Of a DNA stretch of 51,364 bases, positions 8,460 to 17,740 are shown in pieces; position 1 is the first letter of the stretch, and the number at the start of each line of letters is the position of its first letter. This DNA is from a virus (taxonomy: Duplodnaviria; Caudoviricetes): positions 1 to 51,364 of the IMG/VR virus record IMGVR_UViG_3300033487_000006, one strand, 5' to 3'. Under the pieces are notes generated by a model, which was given only the letters and a program-made list of their open reading frames with translations, did no database searches and had not been told where the DNA came from. A program made the position numbers and the translations under genes.

Positions 8460-9043
8460 AGCGCGCGCCTCCGGTCCGCGAGTTCGCGGAGCTGGCGCGC
8501 GTCGTGCTCGACCCACGCGGCGATCGGCGAGCCCGGCGGGCCGTAGGTCTCCCAGGTGTGCCGGGCGAGCAGCTCGGCGAGGTACAGGTCATCGACGGTG
8601 TCGCGCGTGTGCTTCTCGTCGCGCTTGTCCAGCCGCGCCAGCTCGTCGCCGAGCGCGTCGATGCATCGCGCGAGCGCTATCGCCCGGGCACCGACGTCCG
8701 ACGTCGACGGCCAGGCCGGCATGACCCACTCGCCTCTCGCCTGCACGATGCGAAGCGCGGCGAACACCCACTGGTGGCCGAAGACCGCGAAGTCGTCGGT
8801 CTCCACTCCATCGCAGATCGCGAGCACGGCCGGGTCGCAGATGATCGCGGCCAGGAGCCGTCCCTCGAGCGGAGCCGAGACCGGCAGATCGATCCTCCGC
8901 TCGAGCTCGCGCCTCCGCGAAGCGCGGTGCTCGGCCGGATCGCCGGCGAGCACCGCCGCGGCACGCGCGGTGCGGGCCCTCTTCTCGGCCTGCTCCTGGG
9001 CGAGCTTGTACACATCGAGCCTGGGTCGAGCGTTCCGGCTCAT
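8456..9043 (-). CDS. Stand-alone DnaB N-terminal-domain-like protein
   Basis: P.SAPLEGRLLAAIICDP...DDFAVFGHQWVFAAL resembles DnaB NTD. Confidence 0.65.
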   Translation of the reverse strand: MSRNARPRLDVYKLAQEQAEKRARTARAAAVLAGDPAEHRASRRRELERRIDLPVSAPLEGRLLAAIICDPAVLAICDGVETDDFAVFGHQWVFAALRIVQARGEWVMPAWPSTSDVGARAIALARCIDALGDELARLDKRDEKHTRDTVDDLYLAELLARHTWETYGPPGSPIAAWVEHDARQLRELADRRRAL

Positions 9044-10011
9044 CGGGCACGCCCCATCCCGAACGGCCTCGGCGGCGCCTGGTCTTCCTCCACCAGGCGC
9101 AACGTCGGCGGGTCCGCCGCCCGCGTCGGCATGCGGGACCGCTCACCCGCCTGGATCGGCGATAGCTCGGCGGCCTTGTAGAACGGCCGCTCCTCCCAGA
9201 TCCTCGACGGCGTGAACCAGCGCAGGTGCCGCACGTCGTCGCGGCGGCACTCGGCCGCCATGACGTCGATCCGGCGACGGTGCACGGCCATCGCGGCCTC
9301 GTAGTCGGGTCGGTCCGCGGTGAGCTCGCGGGTGCGCGCGACCAGGTCGCCAGCACCAGCGCCGACCGGCATCGGCGGGAACGGGATCGCCTGGGGGTCG
9401 ATGCCCTCGGCGCGCAGCTCGGCGTGCTTGGCGGCCGCGTACGCCCACGCGTCGTGGTTGATCTTCACCCGGGGGTCTGGCGCCTGGCGTGAGCGATCTG
9501 CAGCGGGCTCCGGACGGGGTGGGGTGGGGATGGGGTCCGGCCCAGGGATCGCGCGCGCGCGCGGGAGCTCGCTTTCGGTGGTCGGAGGTCGGAGATCGGA
9601 GATCAAAGGTACGTCCTCACGGGACCGTGGAATCGGTCCGCGATCGAGTGCGGAATCAGTGGAGCTAGGTGCTGGATATCGCGCCGGTTGTGGCTTCGAG
9701 ATGCGCTGGTGGGTGGGCGAGCGCTCCTCCCGCCACCCTGTGATGGCAAGGTACCGAGCGCCCTTCACTTCATAGAGCGACACCAGACCGGCAGCAGCGA
9801 TCTCGGCCAGGAGGCCTCCGACCACGTTCGGTGGCCGGGGGCGGCTGAAGAACACCGCGCCCCCCAGGTAGGACGGTTCGGCAGGGCAGCGGCCGTCATC
9901 GTCCGCGATGGTGTAGAGCATGAGGAACAGGCGCGCCGCGCCGTCCGTGAGGGCCGCAAACGCCGCGAGCTCGCGGAGCTCGGGCTTGATGGTGCGGATG
10001 CGTCCAGCCAT
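9040..10011 (-). CDS. Phage replication initiator / replisome organiser
   Basis: MAGRIRTIKPE...ARLFLMLYTIADDDGR...HQRISKP family motif; upstream of helicase genes. Confidence 0.8.
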   Translation of the reverse strand: MAGRIRTIKPELRELAAFAALTDGAARLFLMLYTIADDDGRCPAEPSYLGGAVFFSRPRPPNVVGGLLAEIAAAGLVSLYEVKGARYLAITGWREERSPTHQRISKPQPARYPAPSSTDSALDRGPIPRSREDVPLISDLRPPTTESELPRARAIPGPDPIPTPPRPEPAADRSRQAPDPRVKINHDAWAYAAAKHAELRAEGIDPQAIPFPPMPVGAGAGDLVARTRELTADRPDYEAAMAVHRRRIDVMAAECRRDDVRHLRWFTPSRIWEERPFYKAAELSPIQAGERSRMPTRAADPPTLRLVEEDQAPPRPFGMGRAR

Positions 10012-10013
10012 GG

Positions 10014-10418
10014 CTACGCGGCCTCCAGCTCGAGCCCGTCGCCGGGCCGGGCGTTGGGGTGGCAGGCGATCAGCGCCGGCAGCCCGAGCAGCGCGCGGCG
10101 GACGTACGAGTCCATGCACCACGCGATCGCCTCGAGCGCGGTGTCGCCGGCGCCGCCGCAGTGCTGCGCGGTGGCGCGGTCCCAGAGGCGCGCGAACCAG
10201 CGCTCGCGCCCGCGAGCCTCGCACCACACGGTGATCTCGTGGTCGATGTGGAGCGCCGGGCGCGGCGCTGGCCGGGCATCGCGCTCGAGCTGCGCCGCGA
10301 ACCGTTCCAGCGCTGCGGTCTCGCGAGCGGCGGTCGCGAGCGCGGCCGGGTCGCCGGCGGCGAGCTCGGCGTCAACGTGGCGCGCGCGACGGGTGCGCTT
10401 GCGGAAATCGACGGCCAT
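10014..10418 (-). CDS. Hypothetical protein
   Basis: ORF in operon orientation. Confidence 0.55.
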   Translation of the reverse strand: MAVDFRKRTRRARHVDAELAAGDPAALATAARETAALERFAAQLERDARPAPRPALHIDHEITVWCEARGRERWFARLWDRATAQHCGGAGDTALEAIAWCMDSYVRRALLGLPALIACHPNARPGDGLELEAA

Positions 10419-10421
10419 CGG

Positions 10422-10661
10422 TCAGCCCTCGCCCTTCGGGATCGGGATGCGCCGGTCGACCTCGGCAGCGATCGCGGCGGATACGATGCGGGCGCGCTGC
10501 TCGAATAGCTCGCGCGCCCGCCGCACGCCGCCGGGCTCGTCCTCCATCCGCTCGATCTCCCCGTCAGGATCGAGCGCCCGCATCAGCGCGTCCGGGTTGG
10601 TGGCCAGCGCGAGCAGCGTGCTCGTCGGGAGCGACCGGGCGTCGAAGGTAAAGTCGGCCAC
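10422..10661 (-). CDS. Hypothetical protein
   Basis: ORF in operon orientation with RBS. Confidence 0.55.
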   Translation of the reverse strand: MADFTFDARSLPTSTLLALATNPDALMRALDPDGEIERMEDEPGGVRRARELFEQRARIVSAAIAAEVDRRIPIPKGEG

Positions 10662-10664
10662 GGA

Positions 10665-10904
10665 TCAGCCCTCCCCGCCGAGCTCGCGGTCCCACTGCTC
10701 GACGAGATCGTTCTCCCACTCATCGAGCAGAGCGACGACGTGGGCCGGGGTGGTGGCTGGGTCGGCGGGCCGGTACAGATCGCGTTCGTCGTCGTGCTCG
10801 AGCACGTCCTGGTCACGATCGAGGTCGTCGAGGTCGTCGACAGGACAATCCGGATAGTGCGCCGTCGTCGCGCCGAGACGGGAGGGAGCGCGCGCCAAGG
10901 TCAC
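10665..10904 (-). CDS. Acidic hypothetical protein
   Basis: Coupled to the cro-like gene. Confidence 0.5.
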   Translation of the reverse strand: MTLARAPSRLGATTAHYPDCPVDDLDDLDRDQDVLEHDDERDLYRPADPATTPAHVVALLDEWENDLVEQWDRELGGEG

Positions 10905-11119
10905 GCCGCCTTCGGGAGCTTGGGGAGCCGCCCGTAAAAGCGGGCCATCGTCAGGTCGAGCGCCGAGACGATCGCCGCCAGCGTCTCCGTCGACACGCCC
11001 TGCTTGCCGTTCTCGATCTGGGAGATCGACGAGGCGACGAGCCCCGCGCGATCGGCCAGTTGCGACATCGTAAGCCTGCGGAATTTTCGCCAGGTGGCGA
11101 TGCGCGTTGGTAGGTCCAC
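10901..11119 (-). CDS. Cro-like XRE helix-turn-helix regulator
   Basis: RKFRRLTMSQLADRAGLVASSISQIENGKQGVS; divergent from a second HTH gene. Confidence 0.9.
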   Translation of the reverse strand: MDLPTRIATWRKFRRLTMSQLADRAGLVASSISQIENGKQGVSTETLAAIVSALDLTMARFYGRLPKLPKAA

Positions 11120-11156
11120 GGGTTGCTATTCAGTATCACTGACTCCGCAATGTCAA
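11120..11156 (-). promoter_or_regulatory. Leftward early promoter (TTGACA), probably near-leaderless
   Basis: TTGACA on minus strand at 11156-11151, 31 nt before the GTG start; no RBS. Confidence 0.6.
11129..11143. promoter_or_regulatory. Operator O1 (TTCAGTATCACTGAC)
   Basis: Dyad TCAGT-N3-ACTGA between the -35 and start of the cro-like gene; 13/15 identical to O3. Confidence 0.75.
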
Positions 11157-11183
11157 GTTCGACTGCGGAAACGACGTGGTCCC

Positions 11184-11537
11184 ATGCCATCGATCATGCC
11201 CCGCCAGCGCCGTCCCTCCGGTCCGATGTGGTCCATCGATGATGAGTGGAAACGCGACGTTCTCGCGATCATGGAGCGCAAACAGATCACGCAAGCCGAT
11301 CTCGCTCGCACCTTGGGCGTTTCCCCCTCGATGCTGAGCATGCTGTTTCAGGGCTCGACCCGGCAGACGAGGCTCAAGCCCGCGATCCATCGTGCCCTGG
11401 GCCTTGTGCAACCGACGGCCACGCCAGCGGTCGATCGTGATGAGATCTTCAACCGGCTGCTGCACGCGTGGAAGGGGCTCAGCGACGAGCAGCGTGAAGT
11501 TCTTATCAAGACGGCGGAGCTGCTCTCGCGCAAGTGA
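11184..11537 (+). CDS. CI-like XRE repressor without S24 peptidase domain (start could be 11196)
   Basis: ITQADLARTLGVSPSMLSMLFQG HTH; divergent from cro-like gene. Confidence 0.8.
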   Translation: MPSIMPRQRRPSGPMWSIDDEWKRDVLAIMERKQITQADLARTLGVSPSMLSMLFQGSTRQTRLKPAIHRALGLVQPTATPAVDRDEIFNRLLHAWKGLSDEQREVLIKTAELLSRK

Positions 11538-11619
11538 CAGCCAGAAACGCGATGGTGTACACCGGTATCTCGCTGCCGGTCGAAGGAGGGGACCTTCACC
11601 GCGGCGTCGGAGGTACCGG

Positions 11620-11778
11620 ATGGGTCGACGCAGAACCTCGTCGAGAATAGAGGCGCGCAAGCCCGAGGACGGCTCGCGGCAGCTCAGGGAGATCGCCCGG
11701 GGACTCGGCCGTGACGATTTGTTGTTGCTCGCGAACCTCGCGGAGGCATTCGCGAAAGGCAACGCCTCGCGTTCCTAG
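11620..11778 (+). CDS. Small hypothetical protein
   Basis: GGAGG RBS; helical C-terminus. Confidence 0.5.
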   Translation: MGRRRTSSRIEARKPEDGSRQLREIARGLGRDDLLLLANLAEAFAKGNASRS

Positions 11779-11780
11779 GC

Positions 11781-11795
11781 GTCACTCGTGCTGAA
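11781..11795. promoter_or_regulatory. Operator O2 (reverse complement TTCAGCACGAGTGAC)
   Basis: 13/15 match to O3. Confidence 0.65.
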
Positions 11796-11803
11796 TTCCG
11801 GCG

Positions 11804-11838
11804 TTGACAGCGCCGGCGGTGTTCAGTACGACTGACGC
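11804..11838 (+). promoter_or_regulatory. Rightward early promoter TTGACA-N17-TACGAC overlapped by operator O3 (11822-11836)
   Basis: Canonical -35 and spacing; operator TTCAGTACGACTGAC covers the -10; ATG 6 nt downstream. Confidence 0.7.
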
Positions 11839-12000
11839 ATGCCAGTCGCTGAACCGCTGCTGCCCGACGAGCCGTCGGACGAGCCGGATACCGTCGTGGT
11901 CGGCGTCGTCGAGGCGCTGCTTGGCGGTCCCGGGCCGAGCGCGAGCGCGGCCTACGCCGATCGCATCGCCGCCGCCGAGCGCAGTCGAGGTGCCTCGTGA
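11839..12000 (+). CDS. 53-aa leaderless hypothetical protein (absent from ORF track)
   Basis: MPVAEPLLPDEPSDEPDT...RGAS; stop overlaps next GTG. Confidence 0.55.
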   Translation: MPVAEPLLPDEPSDEPDTVVVGVVEALLGGPGPSASAAYADRIAAAERSRGAS

Positions 12001-12482
12001 GGCGCGAGCAGCTGCTCGCCGAGGTCGCCCTCGCGGACCGCAAGCTGCGCAACACCGCCGTCGACTTCACCGCCGGCGTGGCCAGCCTGCGCCTGGACAC
12101 GAACGCGTACCAGGCGCACCGCGAGCAGCTCGCCGCGGCCGCGCGGGCGTTCGTCCGCGCCGAGGACCGGCTCGCGCGGGGCGGTGAGACCGACTTCAGC
12201 GAGGCGCGGGTTGCCTCGCTGAACGCGGTGATCGCCGGGCTGCACCAGCAGATCCGCGAGCTGCAGGAGCGGGCCGGCCGGCTCGAGGACGACAAGGCCG
12301 ACCTGGTGAAGACCTCCGCCGCCCTGCGCGGCGCCGCGTACGGAGCTGGGATGGTGATCGCGCAGCTGGTCGCCGCGATCGGTCCGTGCGCGATCGAGTG
12401 CGGCCACCCGGCGTGCATCGTGGCGCGGCGGGCGACGTCTCCGATCGACGCGACCGCTTCGGTGAAGGCCGGTGCCGCGTGA
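11997..12482 (+). CDS. Coiled-coil hypothetical protein
   Basis: Coupled ORF, high GC3. Confidence 0.65.
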   Translation: MRREQLLAEVALADRKLRNTAVDFTAGVASLRLDTNAYQAHREQLAAAARAFVRAEDRLARGGETDFSEARVASLNAVIAGLHQQIRELQERAGRLEDDKADLVKTSAALRGAAYGAGMVIAQLVAAIGPCAIECGHPACIVARRATSPIDATASVKAGAA

Positions 12483-12706
12483 TCCGCCTCCGGCTCTACC
12501 GCACGCCCGCGGACGGCACCAGCACCGTCTTCTTCGCGGGCGTCGACACGAGCGCGCCGCTCGTGGACGGCGTGACGATCGTCGGCACCAGCGAGCAGCT
12601 CGCCGAGGTTCCGGGAGCCGCCTCCGCTGCGGGCCTGACGTCCGTGGCGCGGCGCTGGCCGGACGGGCGGCGCGCGCTGTTCATCCAGGACAGGCGGTCC
12701 TCGTGA
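12479..12706 (+). CDS. Hypothetical protein
   Basis: GTGA coupling at both ends. Confidence 0.55.
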   Translation: MIRLRLYRTPADGTSTVFFAGVDTSAPLVDGVTIVGTSEQLAEVPGAASAAGLTSVARRWPDGRRALFIQDRRSS

Positions 12707-12852
12707 CGCACCTCCTCTGCGTGGCGCTCGGCTTCGTGCTGGCGCTCGTGACCGCGGGCGTGGTCGACGCGTGGAGCTCGTGGCGGTGGTCCCGCCGCCG
12801 GCTCCCCGCGCCCCGGGTGCTCGACCTCACCCGCTACCGAGGCCGCCGATGA
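12703..12852 (+). CDS. Small single-pass membrane protein
   Basis: LLCVALGFVLALVTAGVV hydrophobic stretch. Confidence 0.5.
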   Translation: MTHLLCVALGFVLALVTAGVVDAWSSWRWSRRRLPAPRVLDLTRYRGRR

Positions 12853-13159
12853 AGTGGCTGACCGACGTCCTCGAGCGGAACGGGATCGTCCCGTCGACGG
12901 CGATCGCGGAGCAGGTGATCGACGCGATCCCGCGCGGGCTGCTCCGCCAGGTCGCCGGCGAGTCCGCGGCCGCGGTGCTGGCGATGCGCGGCATCCGCGA
13001 CGCCGCCGGCGACTTCGCGCGCGAGCTCGGCGCGGCGATGGCGCGCTCGGTCGAGCTGGCGCTCCTGGTCGGCGAGGAGGACGACGTCGATGACCGTCGC
13101 GTGGTCGACGTCATCGACGACACCACCGCGCAGGTCCAGCGCCGGGAGCCGCCGTCGCC

Positions 13160-13163
<4 letters not shown>
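12849..13163 (+). CDS. Hypothetical protein
   Basis: ATGA coupling. Confidence 0.6.
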
Positions 13164-13842
<679 letters not shown>

Positions 13843-13846
<4 letters not shown>

Positions 13847-14961
13847 AGGACGAGATCCCGGAGCGCCTGCTCGCTCACGAGCCGGCGGAGCAGCACGGAC
13901 AGAACCGGAAGTTTCGCCGGCGCCGATCACGCCGCGACATGGGGCCGCGCGCGCGGATCCTCCAGCCGCGCCGGATCTCGCGCGACAAGCTCGCCGCCGG
14001 CGCCGCCGCCAACCCGCCGGTCGACGACATCCCGCGGCCGTCCACGCGCGCGGACTGCACGTGGTGTCCGGTTTGCCAGGAGGAACGCGATGCCGCCAGC
14101 CAAGCATCTAACAGGTCGAAGGTTCGGCCGTCTTACGGTGCTCCGAGAACAGGGACGGAACCGCCACGGGTCCGTGATGTGGGCGACGCGCTGCGATTGC
14201 GGGACCGAGTTGGCGGTGTCGACGGGGTCCCTCACGGACGGGAACACGACGAGCTGCGGATGCTCGCGGACGAAGCACGGTGCGACCTGGACCCCGGAGT
14301 GGTCCATCTGGCAGACGATGATCAAGCGCTGCGGGAATCCGGGCGCGAAGGGGTACCAGGACTACGGCGGCCGGGGGATCCGCGTGTGCGAGAGCTGGAG
14401 GAAGGACTTCCGGGCCTTCATCCGGGACGTCGGCCCGCGCCCCAGTCCTCGTCACTCACTCGATCGCCTGGACACCGACGGGAACTACGAGCCGGGGAAC
14501 GTGCGCTGGGCGACGCCGATCGAGCAGGCGCGCAACAAGCGCAACAACCGAGTGATCACGATCGGCGGGACGCGCCGGACGTTGGCGGAGTGGAGCGAGG
14601 TGAGCGGCATCCGCTACACGACCATCCGCGAGCGTCTGAGGCGCGGGTGGAGCGCCTCGCGTGCGGTCACAGAGCCGACGAAGCCATCTTCCACTCGCGG
14701 CCCTGCGTGTTCGTGAGCTGCAAACATTCGCTCTACCTCGACGTGAACCCGGAGACCGGGTCGATCAAGCTGAACTACCCCGACCTCGAGCCATGGGAGA
14801 TCGAGCACAGCTGCGTGCTCGACCTCGCCGAGAGCGGCGGCCTGACGCTCGAGGGGGTCGGCGACCTCTTGAACCTCACGCGCGAGCGGATCCGGCAAGT
14901 CGAGGTCCGCGCGCTGCTCGCGATCAAGTCCTCCGAGGCCGGCAAGGCGCTCGGGGAGTAG
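13843..14961 (+). CDS. Sigma-70 region 4 HTH regulator with Cys-rich domain, carrying a ~200-codon internal insertion
   Basis: RPSTRADC...[26 protein letters not shown]...[22 protein letters not shown]. Confidence 0.75.
14090..14716 (+). CDS. HNH homing-endonuclease-like protein nested in the +1 frame
   Basis: [61 protein letters not shown]; AGGAGG RBS. Confidence 0.9.
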   Translation: MPPAKHLTGRRFGRLTVLREQGRNRHGSVMWATRCDCGTELAVSTGSLTDGNTTSCGCSRTKHGATWTPEWSIWQTMIKRCGNPGAKGYQDYGGRGIRVCESWRKDFRAFIRDVGPRPSPRHSLDRLDTDGNYEPGNVRWATPIEQARNKRNNRVITIGGTRRTLAEWSEVSGIRYTTIRERLRRGWSASRAVTEPTKPSSTRGPACS

Positions 14962-14968
14962 GAGCACC

Positions 14969-16021
14969 ATGTCTGAAGATCAAGCCACCGTCACCGCCGC
15001 CCAGACGGCACCCACCACAACCGCGCTCGTTCGCCGCTCGCAATGGGAGCAGGTGCACGATCTCGTCGCCTACCTCGACGATCTCGACGCCCTCGCGAAC
15101 GCGCTCTGCAAGTCGACCATGCTCCCGCGGGAGATGCAGACGCCCGCGAACCTGAAGCTGGTCCTCCTGCAGGGCCTCTCGATGGGGTTCGACCCGATCC
15201 AGGCGATCCGCGGGAGCTACGTGATCACGAGCAAGGATCAGCCGCCCCGCGTGGGCTACTACGTCGAGGCGCTCGTCGCGCTCGTGCGCACGTCCTCGGT
15301 GTGCCGGTTCTTCCGTGTCGAGGAGGCGACCGCCGAGCGATGCCGCGTGGTGTGCGCCCGCACCGACGAGGACGAGACGATGCTCCACATCTTCGAGCTG
15401 ACGATGGCGCAGGCCCAGGCCGCGAACCTCGATAAGAAGTGGGAGAAGGGCAGCGACGGGAAGTACCACCCGGAGACGAAGTACACGTGGAAGGCCGCGC
15501 CCGCCGACATGCTGCGTAACCGCACGTGCGGGCGCGCGGTCAAGTCGGTGTTCCAGGACGTCGTGTTCGGCATGTCCACGCCGGACGAGCTCGACGACAT
15601 CGCGGCCGCCGATGCGATGGAGCGCTCTGCCGGCGGGGGGTTCGCGCCGGCGCCGGTCGCGGCGCGCCCGGCCCCATCCTCGGCGCCCGCCGCCGCCGCG
15701 GCGCGCCCGGCCGAGGACATCGTGGACGCCGAGCTCGTCGGCAGCGGCGACGCGGCGTGGGACGAGCTGCTCGCGCTGATCGGGCTCGCCGGCGTCGATA
15801 CCGCGGGCTGGCTCCCGGCCGATCTGTGCGAGGAGTGGGATCGCCGCGTCGCCGGCACCACCAGCAAGGGCGCGCTCAACGCGTTCGCGCCGTGGATCGG
15901 CGAGGCGACGAAGCGCGCGCAGGCCTCGAAGTCGTGCGCAGAGGTGGCCGCGCACATGCGCGCGAGCTTCAACGCGCAGAACGCCGAGCTCGGGAAGCGC
16001 GCGAAGGGGGCCGCGACATGA
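14969..16021 (+). CDS. RecT-like single-strand annealing protein
   Basis: [12 protein letters not shown]...[10 protein letters not shown]...WK..PADML..RT..RA....FQDV.FG....DEL. Confidence 0.75.
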   Translation: MSEDQATVTAAQTAPTTTALVRRSQWEQVHDLVAYLDDLDALANALCKSTMLPREMQTPANLKLVLLQGLSMGFDPIQAIRGSYVITSKDQPPRVGYYVEALVALVRTSSVCRFFRVEEATAERCRVVCARTDEDETMLHIFELTMAQAQAANLDKKWEKGSDGKYHPETKYTWKAAPADMLRNRTCGRAVKSVFQDVVFGMSTPDELDDIAAADAMERSAGGGFAPAPVAARPAPSSAPAAAAARPAEDIVDAELVGSGDAAWDELLALIGLAGVDTAGWLPADLCEEWDRRVAGTTSKGALNAFAPWIGEATKRAQASKSCAEVAAHMRASFNAQNAELGKRAKGAAT

Positions 16022-16503
16022 TGCCCGAGATCACGACGTGGGCACCGATGCCGGGCGGCGGCCGTCGCCGCTCGTTCAACGCCGCCGAGCACGTCGTCAC
16101 CATCGAGCCGCGCGGCGGCTCAGACCGGCACGATGCCGAGTGCGCCCAGCTCGCGGCGGAGCTCGCCGCGGCGGCCGTGGGCATCACGGTGCGCTGGGAG
16201 GCGCTCACGGCCGAGCGGGACGCCGCCGTGCTGCGCGCCGAAGCGGCCGAAGCATGCGCTCGTGCCGCGGAGCGCATGGTCCCTCCGCCGTCGCCCGCGC
16301 GACTCCTCGGCCCGGGGTGCGTCCGGTTTGACAGCATGGGCCGGCTCTGGCTTCTCAACAAGCGCGAGACCGGATGGTCATCCTGGGGCGTGATCTGCGA
16401 CGGCTGGGATGACCTGTTCCGCCGCCACGCCGTCCGGATCACCGCGCACGGCACCGACGAGCACGGGCCGTGGTGGACCGCCGAGCCGGAGCCAACCCGA
16501 TGA
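16018..16503 (+). CDS. Hypothetical protein
   Basis: Coupled ORF at both ends. Confidence 0.55.
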   Translation: MMPEITTWAPMPGGGRRRSFNAAEHVVTIEPRGGSDRHDAECAQLAAELAAAAVGITVRWEALTAERDAAVLRAEAAEACARAAERMVPPPSPARLLGPGCVRFDSMGRLWLLNKRETGWSSWGVICDGWDDLFRRHAVRITAHGTDEHGPWWTAEPEPTR

Positions 16504-17708
16504 TCACCACCGGCTCCGGACTCGAGCGCTTCATGATGTGTCGCGCTGCGAACGTGCTCCACCGCGCGTTCAACGAGGGCGGCAACCGCGATTCGACGTA
16601 CGGGATCGAGGGGCACGCGTTCCTCCAGCGGATCGGCCAGGGCATGTCGCGCGAGGCCTCCCTCGAGGAGGTCGACGACCGGTTCCGGGACGGGATCGCC
16701 GCGATCGACGTGGAGGACCTCCGCGACGTCCTCGGCCTGACGCCCGAGCTCGCGCTCGCGTACCACCCGGAGACCGATACCGCCCGCGTGCTCGGCTCGG
16801 GTCTCGGCCGCGCCTACGAGGCCGCCGGCGTGACGGAGGACGAGATCCCGCTGACCGTCGACGTCGCTGGGCTCGACAACCCCGAGCGCCCGGCCATCGG
16901 GTTCGTCGGCGACTACAAGAGCGGCTGGTCCCGGCTCACGCCGGCGGAGCGCAACTGGCAGATGCGCGGCGGCGCCCTCGCGCTCGCGCGCGCCTTCGAC
17001 CTCGATCTCGTGCGCGTGCAGCTGATCCAGCTCCGCGAGGACCGGCCGGCGCGCCGCGATCGCGCCGAGTTCACGGCGGCCGACCTCGCGGTGTTCGCGG
17101 CCGAGGCGCGGGCGCGGCACGCGATCGCGCGCGAAGACCGTCGGCTGTACAAGCTCACGCGCGAGGAGCCCGACGCGACCACCGGGCCGTGGTGCCAGCA
17201 CTGCCCGAGCTTCCACGCGTGCGGCGCCCAGACCGCGCTGATCCGGGCGGTGGTCGACCTCGACGCCCACCAGGAGCTCGACGCCGAGTCGATCGCCGCC
17301 GCCTACCGGAAGGTCCGCGAGGCGCGCGCGGCCCTCATCCAGGTCGACAAGCGCATCCACGCCGCGGCCGCGCAGGCGCCCGTCCGGATCGAGGTCCTGC
17401 CCGACGGCACCGAGATGTGGCTCGGGACGACGCTCGTCGTCGGTAACGAGCGGCTCGACGCGGAGATCGCGCGCGCGGTCGTGGGCGAGATGCTCGACGC
17501 CGCCGCCGTCGACGAGGTGTCGAAGCACGAGGTGATCAAGGGTCGCCTCGAGGCCGCGACGAAGGCGCGCGTCCCGCGCGGTCAGGGCGCCGCGAAGGTG
17601 CGCGCGATCCTCGAAGAGATCGGGAAGCGCGGCGGCGCGCACAAGCCGACGCGACACGACGTCGGCCTCTATCCCCTCCGGCGGAGCCTGCCCGACAAGG
17701 CCGGCTGA
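16500..17708 (+). CDS. PD-(D/E)XK (Cas4/RecB-like) exonuclease
   Basis: G...H, E, D...DYKSG motifs; N-terminal Cys and C-terminal CxxC...C. Confidence 0.75.
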   Translation: MITTGSGLERFMMCRAANVLHRAFNEGGNRDSTYGIEGHAFLQRIGQGMSREASLEEVDDRFRDGIAAIDVEDLRDVLGLTPELALAYHPETDTARVLGSGLGRAYEAAGVTEDEIPLTVDVAGLDNPERPAIGFVGDYKSGWSRLTPAERNWQMRGGALALARAFDLDLVRVQLIQLREDRPARRDRAEFTAADLAVFAAEARARHAIAREDRRLYKLTREEPDATTGPWCQHCPSFHACGAQTALIRAVVDLDAHQELDAESIAAAYRKVREARAALIQVDKRIHAAAAQAPVRIEVLPDGTEMWLGTTLVVGNERLDAEIARAVVGEMLDAAAVDEVSKHEVIKGRLEAATKARVPRGQGAAKVRAILEEIGKRGGAHKPTRHDVGLYPLRRSLPDKAG

Positions 17709-17740
17709 CCGCGTCCCAACCCCAGCATCTGGAGACCACC

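Noticed and set aside
6144-12482. Several early proteins ending in -AA as ssrA-like degradation tags
   Set aside because: Largely explained by the next gene's RBS and overlapping start (GGAGGCCGCGTGA-type junctions)
14059-14697. Insertion interpreted as a group I intron or intein
   Set aside because: The HNH ORF fills almost the whole interval, leaving no evident ribozyme core, and the outer frame lacks recognisable intein splicing motifs; kept as an unexplained finding
16500-17708. Cas4-like nuclease as evidence of CRISPR-Cas
   Set aside because: No array or other cas genes; sits beside a RecT-like gene as a normal recombination pair
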